Positions 38,276-47,613 of a stretch of DNA of 63,156 nt are shown here, in pieces. Below the pieces are notes generated by a model. The model worked only from the letters and a program-made list of their open reading frames with translations, did no database searches and was not told where the DNA came from. The position numbers and the translations under genes are program-made. Position 1 is the stretch's first letter, and the number at the start of each line of letters is the position of its first letter. This DNA comes from an uncultured virus (IMG/VR IMGVR_UViG_3300025085_003231) (taxonomy: Duplodnaviria; Heunggongvirae; Uroviricota; Caudoviricetes): IMG/VR virus record IMGVR_UViG_3300025085_003231, one strand, 5' to 3'.

Positions 38276-40438
38276 TTAAGTTTTACAGGTTGCTTCATCA
38301 AATGCTGCAAGCATTTTCTCAGGAAGTTTGCTACGAACGGATTGCAACAACGAATCTGAATTCATATCCCAATCACGATTGCGAATCCGAATTAAAGGAA
38401 TGCCCTTTTCCCGACAGATTTTATCTTTAGATTTGTCATTGCCTTTTCGGACTCTAAATGCTTCACGACCTCCGAACTTAGCCGATGGGATATAATGCTG
38501 TTCACCATCCATCTCTACTGCAAAACGGATACCCTTTTGATTGATATAAATGTCTAATTCCAGCATATTGCCTTTGCGATTGCGAAGCCACGGATAACGG
38601 CCATTGTGCTTCAATTCTGGGAAGTATTGTTGTAGCATTTCAACGGCTCTTTTTTCAGCCAAAGATTTGTTTTCATTAGTGACTCCGATAGCGATGTCTT
38701 GTGAGGAGATTTTTTCAGTGTCATTAGAATTGACCCATGTGCTTTCAATCCAATGAGTAATCCAGAGTGAGCCGTCAGATTTTTCCTGAATGTATTTAGC
38801 GTCTTTTCCAGAACGATTTTTAATTGGTTGTGTTCTCCAATGTCCTGAACGAAGGTGCATGGCTTTTTTCTCACCAGTGGATTTAGAACTTTTTGATGAA
38901 ACATACTTGACACCATTTTTTCCAAGAATACGGTATGGCAATTTATTTCGTTTTTTGTCTCCTTTTTTATTTGTTTCTATGCCTGAAACTTTGCGAATCT
39001 CGGGTTCTGAAATGGGTGCTTGAATGTAAATACAAAGATTCAAGCAAGTGCTAACAACTTGATTCCAAAATTTCTCAAGTTCTTTGAGTTCGGTTTTAGT
39101 AATCTTATTTTCACGACCAAAGAGGCCACACATCTGGAACAATAATTGTTGTGCCAGCATGGGTGGCAAAGTAAGTTTTTGGTCATCCTGTGTAAATCTG
39201 GAATCTTTTAAATCTCCAAAAAATTCTTTTGTAAGTTGATTCTGTTGTTCAATAACATCGTCTAATGTTAATTCATCTTTTTGAAATAGTTGGAAAATCT
39301 TCTTGATGTGTTGTTTGACTAATTTCGGAGTGATATTTCCTGAATCATCCACGATGCTGTTTTTGGGAACGACCAATGTTTTGACAGATTCTGTATCTCC
39401 ATAAACATTGAACCAAATTGATTCCTCGGATTCAAACATAAAAATGGTAGACATAAACTCAATTTGAGGTCTATCCTCCCAACTATCCCAATCATGGTGT
39501 AAAAAAGAATCGTCGCAGTAATCAAAGTCAAAAACTATACCATTCTTGTAAGGTCCAATTTTTAATAATTCTGCGGGATAGGTGTAGTTGGTTTTTTCTA
39601 ATTTTTGAACCATGTTCGGTCGGATGATAAATCGCTTGTTTTTTTCAGCAAGACGAGCCGTTTTGTTTTTAGTTTCTGTTCCTGGGCTGTGGTATCTGTG
39701 GTGCATTAAAAGCAAGTCTAAGTTGCGTTTTAGTTCCAGGCTGTGGAACATTTGAATTGTGTTCCACGAGCCTTGTTGTTCTTCATCTTCATTTTCAGCC
39801 CACCAATCTACATCTTGGCTGCGATAATAGAGGACACGCTTCAGGCTCCAGTCATCTCCCACTTTTTTAATCAATCCGATTGATGCGTCTGTATTAAAAA
39901 TTGTAAGTTCGTTCCAACCCACTTCTTCGTAAAACTCATCAGAGCCAATCATGCTGCTAAGGTAATCCTTCCATTCTTCTATAAATTGAACTGCCTCAAC
40001 CACAGAACCATTGATTTCAACAGGAATTGATTCTAATGCTTTATCGGGCAGCGGTGTATTTCGGGGTGATGAATAGGCTCTTTGGTTTTGGTATGATAAT
40101 TCTTCACTACTGTAATCAGTGAAATAGTTGGAGCCTTCTTCAAAAACCTCATCAAAATGTTTTAATGGAATCAAAACTCTGGCATCTTGGTTAGGGGCAG
40201 TAAAGTAGTAATCTCCAGAACTAATCCAATCATCAAGTTGAGTTCTATGGATGGTTGGTTGAATCACAAATCTGAAAATGTCTGATGCTTGAATGCCGCC
40301 TGGTATTGAGTGTAGGGCATCGTAGATAATCCTATTTTTACCACCTTTAGGGTGTTGTTTTAGATATTCATCATAATAGTGCTTCATCAAATCGTGGGGT
40401 GATACATCTGCTCTCCCTTTATTACGGAGCCTTTTCAT
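38276..40438 (-). CDS. Large protein with C-terminal Vsr/DUF559-like PD-(D/E)XK nuclease
   Basis: LELDIY..AVEMDGEQH..D..K..C...GIPLIRI; HLRSGHWR motif upstream. Confidence 0.8.
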   Translation of the reverse strand: MKRLRNKGRADVSPHDLMKHYYDEYLKQHPKGGKNRIIYDALHSIPGGIQASDIFRFVIQPTIHRTQLDDWISSGDYYFTAPNQDARVLIPLKHFDEVFEEGSNYFTDYSSEELSYQNQRAYSSPRNTPLPDKALESIPVEINGSVVEAVQFIEEWKDYLSSMIGSDEFYEEVGWNELTIFNTDASIGLIKKVGDDWSLKRVLYYRSQDVDWWAENEDEEQQGSWNTIQMFHSLELKRNLDLLLMHHRYHSPGTETKNKTARLAEKNKRFIIRPNMVQKLEKTNYTYPAELLKIGPYKNGIVFDFDYCDDSFLHHDWDSWEDRPQIEFMSTIFMFESEESIWFNVYGDTESVKTLVVPKNSIVDDSGNITPKLVKQHIKKIFQLFQKDELTLDDVIEQQNQLTKEFFGDLKDSRFTQDDQKLTLPPMLAQQLLFQMCGLFGRENKITKTELKELEKFWNQVVSTCLNLCIYIQAPISEPEIRKVSGIETNKKGDKKRNKLPYRILGKNGVKYVSSKSSKSTGEKKAMHLRSGHWRTQPIKNRSGKDAKYIQEKSDGSLWITHWIESTWVNSNDTEKISSQDIAIGVTNENKSLAEKRAVEMLQQYFPELKHNGRYPWLRNRKGNMLELDIYINQKGIRFAVEMDGEQHYIPSAKFGGREAFRVRKGNDKSKDKICREKGIPLIRIRNRDWDMNSDSLLQSVRSKLPEKMLAAFDEATCKT

Positions 40439-40677
40439 TTAATCCCGCCCTTTACTCCACAAAAACAACAAGGGCCTTTATAGGAGTCTTTAAATCCAGG
40501 TGTTTCATCTTTAGAGTAGAGGTGACATCCTTTTCCGCAACCACAAGGAGAAATTCTTTGCCATTCCTGAGAGGTGATATTGCTGGTAGTCATTTCTCTA
40601 CCGCAGTTTTGACATTTGCCGTGATTTTCACCACTAACAATAACTCCGCCTTGATAGCCATACCCGTAGTATCCCAT
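40435..40677 (-). CDS. Small Cys-rich Zn-binding protein
   Basis: CQNC, CGC..CH, CCFC. Confidence 0.65.
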   Translation of the reverse strand: MGYYGYGYQGGVIVSGENHGKCQNCGREMTTSNITSQEWQRISPCGCGKGCHLYSKDETPGFKDSYKGPCCFCGVKGGIK

Positions 40678-40703
40678 GAGAGTTATTCTGACCTCTCACC
40701 TAT

Positions 40704-41390
40704 TTAACTATTTTCAAGGACATTATCAACGAATGCTCGGCTAACCTTTTCATATCTTTGGTAACAATTGCTGCACAAACCCATGTTGAATCGGACTCCT
40801 GTGCTGGTGGTTCCCAATGGGTGGTATGTGGGAAGTAATTTGATAATATCTGGCGGGTAATTGGGCTCTAAGGTTTGAACTATTTTTCTGAGTTCTTGTT
40901 GGTATTCTTCTTCAAACGCTGCTTTGCCTTCATAATCGTTCCATTCTAAATTTAATTCTTTTCTGCGAGCCCACAATCTTTTTGACACAGGTGCCAGAAG
41001 TTCGTTGTATTCTTGGATGGCTTTTTTGGCGTTGTTATACGATAATCCACAACTGAGGCAAGGGTCTTTGAAAAAGAAAGAATCTCCTGGATATACCACA
41101 GTAAATAGATTCATTATTTCTTTCCGCATCTCTTCCTTTTGCTTTTCCATCCGCTGTGGTATCCAGGATGGACTCCTGTTTGGGCCTCTTTTATCTTCCC
41201 AATCTTTATCAGTCATTTTTCTTTGCCAATAGGCATTGGAGTCAAACCACATATTTTGGTAGTCTCCAGGTTGCTTCAAGATATTTATGACAGATTTTGA
41301 AGCATCGGGGAGATTGTTGAATTTAGTGTCGGCATAGTTAATGGGCGGATACCAACTTTTATAATACAGTAGCCAACGGTATTTTCCCAT
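40704..41390 (-). CDS. Hypothetical protein with CxxC pairs
   Basis: CLSC, CSNC; start by promoter spacing. Confidence 0.7.
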   Translation of the reverse strand: MGKYRWLLYYKSWYPPINYADTKFNNLPDASKSVINILKQPGDYQNMWFDSNAYWQRKMTDKDWEDKRGPNRSPSWIPQRMEKQKEEMRKEIMNLFTVVYPGDSFFFKDPCLSCGLSYNNAKKAIQEYNELLAPVSKRLWARRKELNLEWNDYEGKAAFEEEYQQELRKIVQTLEPNYPPDIIKLLPTYHPLGTTSTGVRFNMGLCSNCYQRYEKVSRAFVDNVLENS

Positions 41391-41411
41391 AATGAGTAAT
41401 TGGCGGTTCAT

Positions 41412-41528
41412 CTATATTAAGTTATCTTCTAACATCCAGACAACTTCCTTGACGGCTAAATCAAAAAGTAGAAAGCAAATCCAACAAGGTTGCGATTCAC
41501 AAGTGCAAACCTGACGATATGAAAGCAT
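41412..41528 (-). CDS. Cys-rich micro-protein (38 aa)
   Basis: MLSYRQVCTCESQPCWICF...; second copy at 42144-42182 differs mainly at synonymous sites. Confidence 0.6.
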   Translation of the reverse strand: MLSYRQVCTCESQPCWICFLLFDLAVKEVVWMLEDNLI

Positions 41529-41529
41529 A

Positions 41530-42105
41530 CTAATCAAATAAAAATCGGGGTAAATGGTTTCGGTGGGTGTAATTGATTATGCGGAATCCATATTTTGCAA
41601 ACCTCTCATTGAACTCACGAACTATGGGCTTATCATTGGGTGTGGTTGTGAAAATTAAAACCATCTTTTCATAGTGTCCCATGCCATGTTTATTATTAAC
41701 AAACCACGGAATCACCATCTTTATTTCGGGGAATTTTTCTAAGGTTATATGAAAATAGGGTCTTTCGGGATGTTTAGCATCGTATCCATGGAAGACCAAG
41801 GAGTTATTTATGACACTCTTTGGAGCAAGTTGAGTAATCTCCCAAGTTGGTGCGGGTTGTGGTTGCTCTTGGTATAATATTCGGAGTATTTTTCTCAATC
41901 TTTTAATATCTCTTGCTGCTGGTGCGGAGGTGGTTTTTCTCTGGTCAATTTGAAATGCCTCCAAAGAATAATTATTCATGTAGAGAAATTTGATAAATTC
42001 TATCAAAGGGAGGTCTAAGGAAATCTGTTCTGCTGGAGCCCAACTAATCTTAATGCCATACTCATCTAAAATTTGGCTAACCAAAGATTTTGGATTAAGT
42101 GTCAT
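41530..42105 (-). CDS. Hypothetical protein with C-terminal IINY tag
   Basis: 191-aa ORF. Confidence 0.75.
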   Translation of the reverse strand: MTLNPKSLVSQILDEYGIKISWAPAEQISLDLPLIEFIKFLYMNNYSLEAFQIDQRKTTSAPAARDIKRLRKILRILYQEQPQPAPTWEITQLAPKSVINNSLVFHGYDAKHPERPYFHITLEKFPEIKMVIPWFVNNKHGMGHYEKMVLIFTTTPNDKPIVREFNERFAKYGFRIINYTHRNHLPRFLFD

Positions 42106-42183
42106 ACTCTTTATTGCTTGCGCTTGTTATATGAAGTTAATGTTTGGGATTCGCAGGTGCAGACCTGACGATAAACAAGCATA

Positions 42184-42471
42184 TTATTTATTTGCCAATC
42201 TTAAAGAGTGACTTGCATCCATGCCTTCAAGGTTGGCACGGTCTTTAGAAAGTTTCTTAGCGAGTTCAGAGGCAGCAGGTTTTGTAAAGTCTGCGAGGGT
42301 GGTCTGTGAGTCATCAAGGGTATTGCTCTCATTGAGTCCTGTGTGTTTCAAAATCTGGTCATTGACATCCAAGACAGTAGCCACCATTCTTTGAAAGTAA
42401 ATGCTAACAAGTGCTAACAAAAACCATGTTACCAAAATTAGAGAGAACAAAATCATATCCAAGACAATCAC
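42184..42471 (-). CDS. Membrane-anchored protein with PIP-box-like QTTLADF
   Basis: N-terminal TM; QxxLxxF. Confidence 0.7.
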   Translation of the reverse strand: MIVLDMILFSLILVTWFLLALVSIYFQRMVATVLDVNDQILKHTGLNESNTLDDSQTTLADFTKPAASELAKKLSKDRANLEGMDASHSLRLANK

Positions 42472-42680
42472 TCCTCTTCTGGATTTAGAGAAACTGTGTA
42501 TCGGCGGTATCTTTGTCCTGTGGGGTCAGTCTTCCATTCACGAGAAAATTCCCAACCTCTTTCTTCCAAATCAGCGATACGACGAGGCAACGCTCGGATA
42601 CGATAAATTGCTTGCGCTTCCACATTTGAAATGGAGGGTGCTTGACTAAAATGTAGGCGGAGTAAATCCAGTTGGCTCAT
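42468..42680 (-). CDS. Small winged-HTH protein (HTH_39-like)
   Basis: ISNVEA..IRALPRRIADLE.RGW..Y. Confidence 0.75.
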   Translation of the reverse strand: MSQLDLLRLHFSQAPSISNVEAQAIYRIRALPRRIADLEERGWEFSREWKTDPTGQRYRRYTVSLNPEEE

Positions 42681-42716
42681 ATTATTTAGAGAGTGACACT
42701 ACCTATATGAATGTTC

Positions 42717-43220
42717 TTAGTCCCATTGAATTACGGTCCAACGAGGGTTATCATTATACATGATTTTCCAACCAAGAGCAATAAATTTTTCCAGAACTGG
42801 TTTTCCATTGAGGCTGGAATCTGTATCGTCTATTATGACTACTGCTTTTTGAAACCACGATTCAACTTCTGGGAGTTTATACCATTCAAAAATTAAATCT
42901 CTACTTCCTTTTGTGGGTGTTCCATCAACAATAATCAAATCACAATTTTTCTGGAGAATGGGTTTAAGGTGGTCGTGAGAATACCAACCATTTTCTACGG
43001 GGACTAAAATAGATTCTTCTTGCACCCATTTAGGGTCGTGTTCAATGGAAACTACTTTGTGTCCTGCTGTGGTTAATCTGGGTGTTCCTGTGCCTGAGCC
43101 AAATTCTACAATATCAAGGCACGGCTCCATATATTCTTGCATCCAGTCAATAACTGCCCTATCCATGGAATAATCTTGAACGGGTAAATTATCTGGGTGC
43201 CAATTATAATGGACTCTCAT
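42717..43220 (-). CDS. Class I SAM-dependent methyltransferase-like
   Basis: VEFGSGTGT, IEHD, IIVDG, IIDDT. Confidence 0.8.
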   Translation of the reverse strand: MRVHYNWHPDNLPVQDYSMDRAVIDWMQEYMEPCLDIVEFGSGTGTPRLTTAGHKVVSIEHDPKWVQEESILVPVENGWYSHDHLKPILQKNCDLIIVDGTPTKGSRDLIFEWYKLPEVESWFQKAVVIIDDTDSSLNGKPVLEKFIALGWKIMYNDNPRWTVIQWD

Positions 43221-43328
43221 AACTATGAATCAGCAACTTAATATTTAAATCTAATCCTTGAGCAATGAATTGCTGGGGGGGTTGGGGAGGTCATTAGGGA
43301 CAAGCAAATAATGGGGACTAAATTAGCC

Positions 43329-43706
43329 TCATACTATCAGTTGCGATATTTCAGATAGTGCTTGCATATTAGAAATGCCCTCAAAAATTCCTACGGTGTT
43401 CATACCCATCCAAATGATATTGACTAATACTGGTGCCATAGCGTCATGATAAAACGCCGTCAATAATAATCCTGTGGAACCAATAAGGCTAACTCCGTGA
43501 TATGTGGCTGAAGTGTTTGATAGCCAACCTCGTGAAACAGAAGTTACTGCGGCTAATTGTAATGCTCCACCTGCGTAACCGACGGCATCCATCATTTTAC
43601 GGCCATATTTTTTATCAAGATAACTTCTCAATTTGTTAGAACGCTGGGCAGCAAATAGGCTGGCTCCCGTGAATGCAACGGCTACTCCAATCACTAATTT
43701 GTTCAT
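43329..43706 (-). CDS. Multi-TM membrane protein (CBU_0592-like)
   Basis: Four hydrophobic segments, Y..VSLIGS..VNIIW. Confidence 0.65.
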   Translation of the reverse strand: MNKLVIGVAVAFTGASLFAAQRSNKLRSYLDKKYGRKMMDAVGYAGGALQLAAVTSVSRGWLSNTSATYHGVSLIGSTGLLLTAFYHDAMAPVLVNIIWMGMNTVGIFEGISNMQALSEISQLIV

Positions 43707-43725
43707 ATGATATGGTATTGACGCT

Positions 43726-43857
43726 TCAACTATTTGAACTTGTTTCATCTAAACGAAAACTCATATTGCAACTTTGACAAACCAATGTTTCCTTATCTAC
43801 CCTACATTGACGACGACAAGGCCCCCCTATGGACACATATTTTACATTTTTTGCCAT
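43726..43857 (-). CDS. Zn-finger micro-protein (43 aa)
   Basis: MAKKCKICVH..C..C..CQSC; promoter at canonical spacing. Confidence 0.6.
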   Translation of the reverse strand: MAKNVKYVSIGGPCRRQCRVDKETLVCQSCNMSFRLDETSSNS

Positions 43858-43874
43858 GCTATTTACCTCTTTTT

Positions 43875-44423
43875 TCAACTATTTGAATCTGGTGTGAAAT
43901 AATTGGACGCTATCCAATCATCCAAATCCCTAAATTCAGAACTGCTGTTTTCTTCAAAAAGAATGGTGGAGACTATTTCATCTCGGTAATTGTCCAGAGC
44001 CATATTTTTGTATTTGTCTAAAAACCAAGCGATTCTTTCTTCTGTGAAAGTTTTGTTATCAGTAACAAATGTGTTGGTTTTAACATCTATCTTGATGTGC
44101 CAGTTACAGCAAGGGCAAGTATATAATTTCTCTTTGAGGGTCTTGTTATCTTGTTTATACAAATAATAGGGGCAGTGAATACATTTAATGATAATTTTTT
44201 GATTGCTCTTTTCAACTATGGCTCCTTCTGGATAATTGCTATCATAGTGCAGACAACGAAGACAAAGCCAGTTCTTAAAATAAGTTTCTCTGGTAATGGA
44301 ATATTCCTCCGTATTTTTCGGGCTGGAGAAAATCCCTTCTTGCTCCATAGCAAATGGTGTGGATTGGGCAGTGCTTTCTGGTTCTCCCTCATATTGACAT
44401 TGAACACACAATTTGAAATTCAT
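43875..44423 (-). CDS. Multi-CxxC Zn-binding protein
   Basis: Four CxxC pairs. Confidence 0.7.
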   Translation of the reverse strand: MNFKLCVQCQYEGEPESTAQSTPFAMEQEGIFSSPKNTEEYSITRETYFKNWLCLRCLHYDSNYPEGAIVEKSNQKIIIKCIHCPYYLYKQDNKTLKEKLYTCPCCNWHIKIDVKTNTFVTDNKTFTEERIAWFLDKYKNMALDNYRDEIVSTILFEENSSSEFRDLDDWIASNYFTPDSNS

Positions 44424-44893
44424 TGCGAATCACCGTAGCCTATTGGGTAGTCTGTGAATCTTTCAGGCATTTCAGTAAGTCCTGCTTGTTGTGCTTTTAA
44501 AACTTCGGTGTCACGCAAGGGTTTTCTAACAATTGTGATGGTATCGTCTTCTTGATGATTGATTTTGAAACTAAAGAAGCAACAACCACAGGAATAGTCC
44601 GTAGATTCTGGTGGGTTTTTATGAGGGTCAGTTCCTGCGGGGAATTTTTGTGATACTCTCATGCCTCGGTTACATTCAACACACAGCACGGCTGTTTCAT
44701 ATCCTGAACGAACTTCCCAATCTGCGGTGATATACTCATCAGATTCCTCATCAAAAATTTCGTCAGAATAGTTTTCCCAATAGCCACAGTCAAAACAATT
44801 AAACCAATAGGCATTACCATGTCCTTGTGCGAAGGTATTGTATGGAACCTGTTTGCATTTACCACATTCAGGGCAATCAGACCAAGAGCCCAA
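44420..44893 (-). CDS. Double Zn-ribbon protein
   Basis: CPEC..CFDCGY; CVEC..CGCC. Confidence 0.7.
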   Translation of the reverse strand: MGSWSDCPECGKCKQVPYNTFAQGHGNAYWFNCFDCGYWENYSDEIFDEESDEYITADWEVRSGYETAVLCVECNRGMRVSQKFPAGTDPHKNPPESTDYSCGCCFFSFKINHQEDDTITIVRKPLRDTEVLKAQQAGLTEMPERFTDYPIGYGDSQ

Positions 44894-44894
44894 A

Positions 44895-45470
44895 TTAACC
44901 CCTCAATGTCCTCATCAATTCGTCAATCGGGCGCAAATGGTTTTCATAAATACAATGCGTAATGCGTCCAGGTGTGCTGTTCTTTTCTCGTCCACGGCTG
45001 TTGTTTCCGTTTTGAATCTCAGCAGAAATACTTTGCATATCTTCCTTAGAAAGATAGCCCTCAATACGGATATTTTTGGGTTTCTGTAAGTCGCCATTCT
45101 CAAAGTCAATAGGTGTCATCTTGATGTAGTAATCAAACTTGAGGTTGCTGGGTTGGTAATACAATCCTGAATAGCGTGTGGTTTTAACATCGGTGCGTGT
45201 GCGTCCATAGTCAAACTCAAAATCTGCGGAAGCAGTATCGGTGGTAACAAACTCAATCCATTCGTATTGGATAGGCTTGTCCGTGACTGTGGGGTTGTTT
45301 TCTACCTTAGCCATATACCAATCAAACATAATTTCTCCGAGAACTCCATGCCAGTCTGTGGGTCCGTTGCTTCGCTTATTAGAAGTCTTGATTTTGTTAA
45401 AATCTTCCTGCATTGTTTTTGCACGAACAATAAATCGGGAGGCTACTGGGATGTCAAAATGCTTTTCCAT
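44895..45470 (-). CDS. PD-(D/E)XK-like nuclease
   Basis: GVLGE, ADF..DVKT. Confidence 0.6.
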   Translation of the reverse strand: MEKHFDIPVASRFIVRAKTMQEDFNKIKTSNKRSNGPTDWHGVLGEIMFDWYMAKVENNPTVTDKPIQYEWIEFVTTDTASADFEFDYGRTRTDVKTTRYSGLYYQPSNLKFDYYIKMTPIDFENGDLQKPKNIRIEGYLSKEDMQSISAEIQNGNNSRGREKNSTPGRITHCIYENHLRPIDELMRTLRG

Positions 45471-45538
45471 ATGCTTCCATAGCGAGCACACCTATTTAAC
45501 ATTTAGGACTATTCTTCTTCGCAACAAGGCGCAGGGCA

Positions 45539-46513
45539 TCATGGTATCACCTGCAAGGTATCAATTGATAACTCTTTGAATTTGGCCTCAATCATAACAT
45601 CAACATCTTGGCCGTAAAGATTCATCGGGCCATGACACAAATCGGAATGTGCAGGAGATGGCTTGTCGCCACCTTGCTCTAAAACACGAGACTCGGAGTA
45701 GTGAACAACGGGTGTGATACCGTTAGGCCAAGTAGACACGGCTAACAAAAGGGCTTGCTGCTCGGTAAGACCGCCTGTGCAAAACTGGTGGTGATGATAG
45801 TCAAAAACAATAGGTATGCCTGTGGACTCGTAGACCGTCATCAAGTCATTAACTGAATACATACGAGCCTTGTCGTCATTTTCCAAAGTGAGGCGACGGC
45901 GGCAATTGGGGTCAAGGAGTGCGAAATTATTGATGAACCGAACAATGGTAGCGTCATGGTCGCCAGCACCAGACCCGATATGAATGTTAATCTTGTTGTA
46001 ATGTGATGGCTCAAAACCCATGAGGTCAAAAATATGGGAGTGCAAATTGAGTTCATTTACTGCACGACGGACAACATCTGGGTTTTTGCTACCCAACACA
46101 TTATATGGGCCTGGGTGTGATGTCAAACGGTGAGCATTAGTGGTAGCATAATCGCCAATCTGTCGCAACTTGGATTTGATAATGTCGCAAGAGGGTAAGT
46201 CGTCAATGGCATAGCCGAGTCGGTCATGGGACATGAACGGGAAAATTTCGGACGATAGACGCATAAAGCGAATACCGTTGGACTCGTTCCACCGAAGGAT
46301 GGTGAGTAGGTCGTCAAGATTGTCCAAGATTTTCTGATTGACAGAAGGGATGTCAAAAGTGCGGGCGATACAGGTGCGGTTGGTGTATGTCTTGTGTTTG
46401 GCTTTGCCTCCCAAACACTTGAAACAAGACTTGCACCGAGAGCCAGTTTCCTTGAATGTGCGGTCACAACTACCGCCGAGAGTCTGATTGATACAGGCGT
46501 AACCTACTTGCAT
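45539..46513 (-). CDS. uvsE: UV damage endonuclease UvdE/UvsE
   Basis: GYACIN, RLSS, HPG.Y, LENDD, DYHHH, HYSES, AHSD, IEAK.KE. Confidence 0.95.
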   Translation of the reverse strand: MQVGYACINQTLGGSCDRTFKETGSRCKSCFKCLGGKAKHKTYTNRTCIARTFDIPSVNQKILDNLDDLLTILRWNESNGIRFMRLSSEIFPFMSHDRLGYAIDDLPSCDIIKSKLRQIGDYATTNAHRLTSHPGPYNVLGSKNPDVVRRAVNELNLHSHIFDLMGFEPSHYNKINIHIGSGAGDHDATIVRFINNFALLDPNCRRRLTLENDDKARMYSVNDLMTVYESTGIPIVFDYHHHQFCTGGLTEQQALLLAVSTWPNGITPVVHYSESRVLEQGGDKPSPAHSDLCHGPMNLYGQDVDVMIEAKFKELSIDTLQVIP

Positions 46514-46539
46514 AACTTCTATTATGGAGGTTACCTATA

Positions 46540-47439
46540 TTAAGTTTTAAGTGCGTTAGTGATATATTGGTGATAATTTATAATCCATTGTGTTCGGGGT
46601 GGCATTACTACTTCTTCGGAGTTTCCAAAAGACTCATAGGTATCCATTACCCATTTCTGGAATGCAGTCATACTGGCTGATTCCATCAGGTTCCAGTTCA
46701 TAGATTTGTTGTTTCCTTGACCCCATATTTGGGTGATAATCTTCTTCTGTTCCGTAGGGTCTTTCCCAGCAGTAGAGGCACGAGTTAATAGGAACTTACG
46801 ATAGGCAGTTTCAATAATGATTTTTACATCCATAATGCGGGTGTATGCGTCTTTATCTGCGTTCCAGAAATATTGATTGTCTGCTTCGTGAGGTGTTATT
46901 TTATAGGCTTGCATCATTACCTTATCTGGGAGACCATTTGCCCAAATCGCAGATTCACCTGATGATGAGACGAGTTGAAAAAGGTGGCTGGCTTGGTCTA
47001 AAATTTGGATTGATGCTAATCTTCTCTGCCCTTCTTTAAAATAGTAGACTGTGAGGCCATCATAGTAGGGAGAGTTTTGTGCAGGGCAAATAATCCAACG
47101 ATTGTCTAATATGTAGATGTTTTTGAAACGGTCTGCATAAGATTTCCATTTATTGTTCCTGTCTCTTTGACCGTAGGTAGCGAGGAATTTATCATATGAA
47201 ATCAGTTCACCTGAATCGTTGCGGTATCCGTAATCTTCAAATTTAGCATTAAGATGCTTATTGATATTATACTTTGACCTTTGCCTTCCGAGGACGGCTC
47301 TAATAATTTGTCCTTTTCGGTAAGTATCTGCGGGTAAGTTAAGGATGGAGAATTTTGTCCATGCTTTTGGACTCCGAGGATTTGCTTTAGATTTATTTAT
47401 TTTATTCATGGCTGAGAGATACTGTGACCACGAATACAT
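46540..47439 (-). CDS. Hypothetical protein with C-terminal IINY tag
   Basis: 299-aa ORF. Confidence 0.75.
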   Translation of the reverse strand: MYSWSQYLSAMNKINKSKANPRSPKAWTKFSILNLPADTYRKGQIIRAVLGRQRSKYNINKHLNAKFEDYGYRNDSGELISYDKFLATYGQRDRNNKWKSYADRFKNIYILDNRWIICPAQNSPYYDGLTVYYFKEGQRRLASIQILDQASHLFQLVSSSGESAIWANGLPDKVMMQAYKITPHEADNQYFWNADKDAYTRIMDVKIIIETAYRKFLLTRASTAGKDPTEQKKIITQIWGQGNNKSMNWNLMESASMTAFQKWVMDTYESFGNSEEVVMPPRTQWIINYHQYITNALKT

Positions 47440-47502
47440 GGTATTTATTGATGGGTTTTCCTATTTAAATTTTGTCAAAAAAACACTACCCTGAAACAGT
47501 AA

Positions 47503-47567
47503 TGACTTCAAGACCCTTTTGAGATGGCTTTTTGAAAAAGTATTTGACTTCAAGACCCATGGGTCTT
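47503..47567. repeat. 14-bp direct repeat plus 16-bp palindrome
   Basis: tgacttcaagaccc at 47503 and 47545; aagacccatgggtctt at 47552-47567. Confidence 0.85.
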
Positions 47568-47613
47568 TTTGAGGCTCTGTGGGGCGTTTGTGCTTAATGT
47601 GCCTATTTTGTGC

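Noticed and set aside
43280..43320. G-rich tract as G-quadruplex
   Set aside because: Irregular single occurrence with no supporting context
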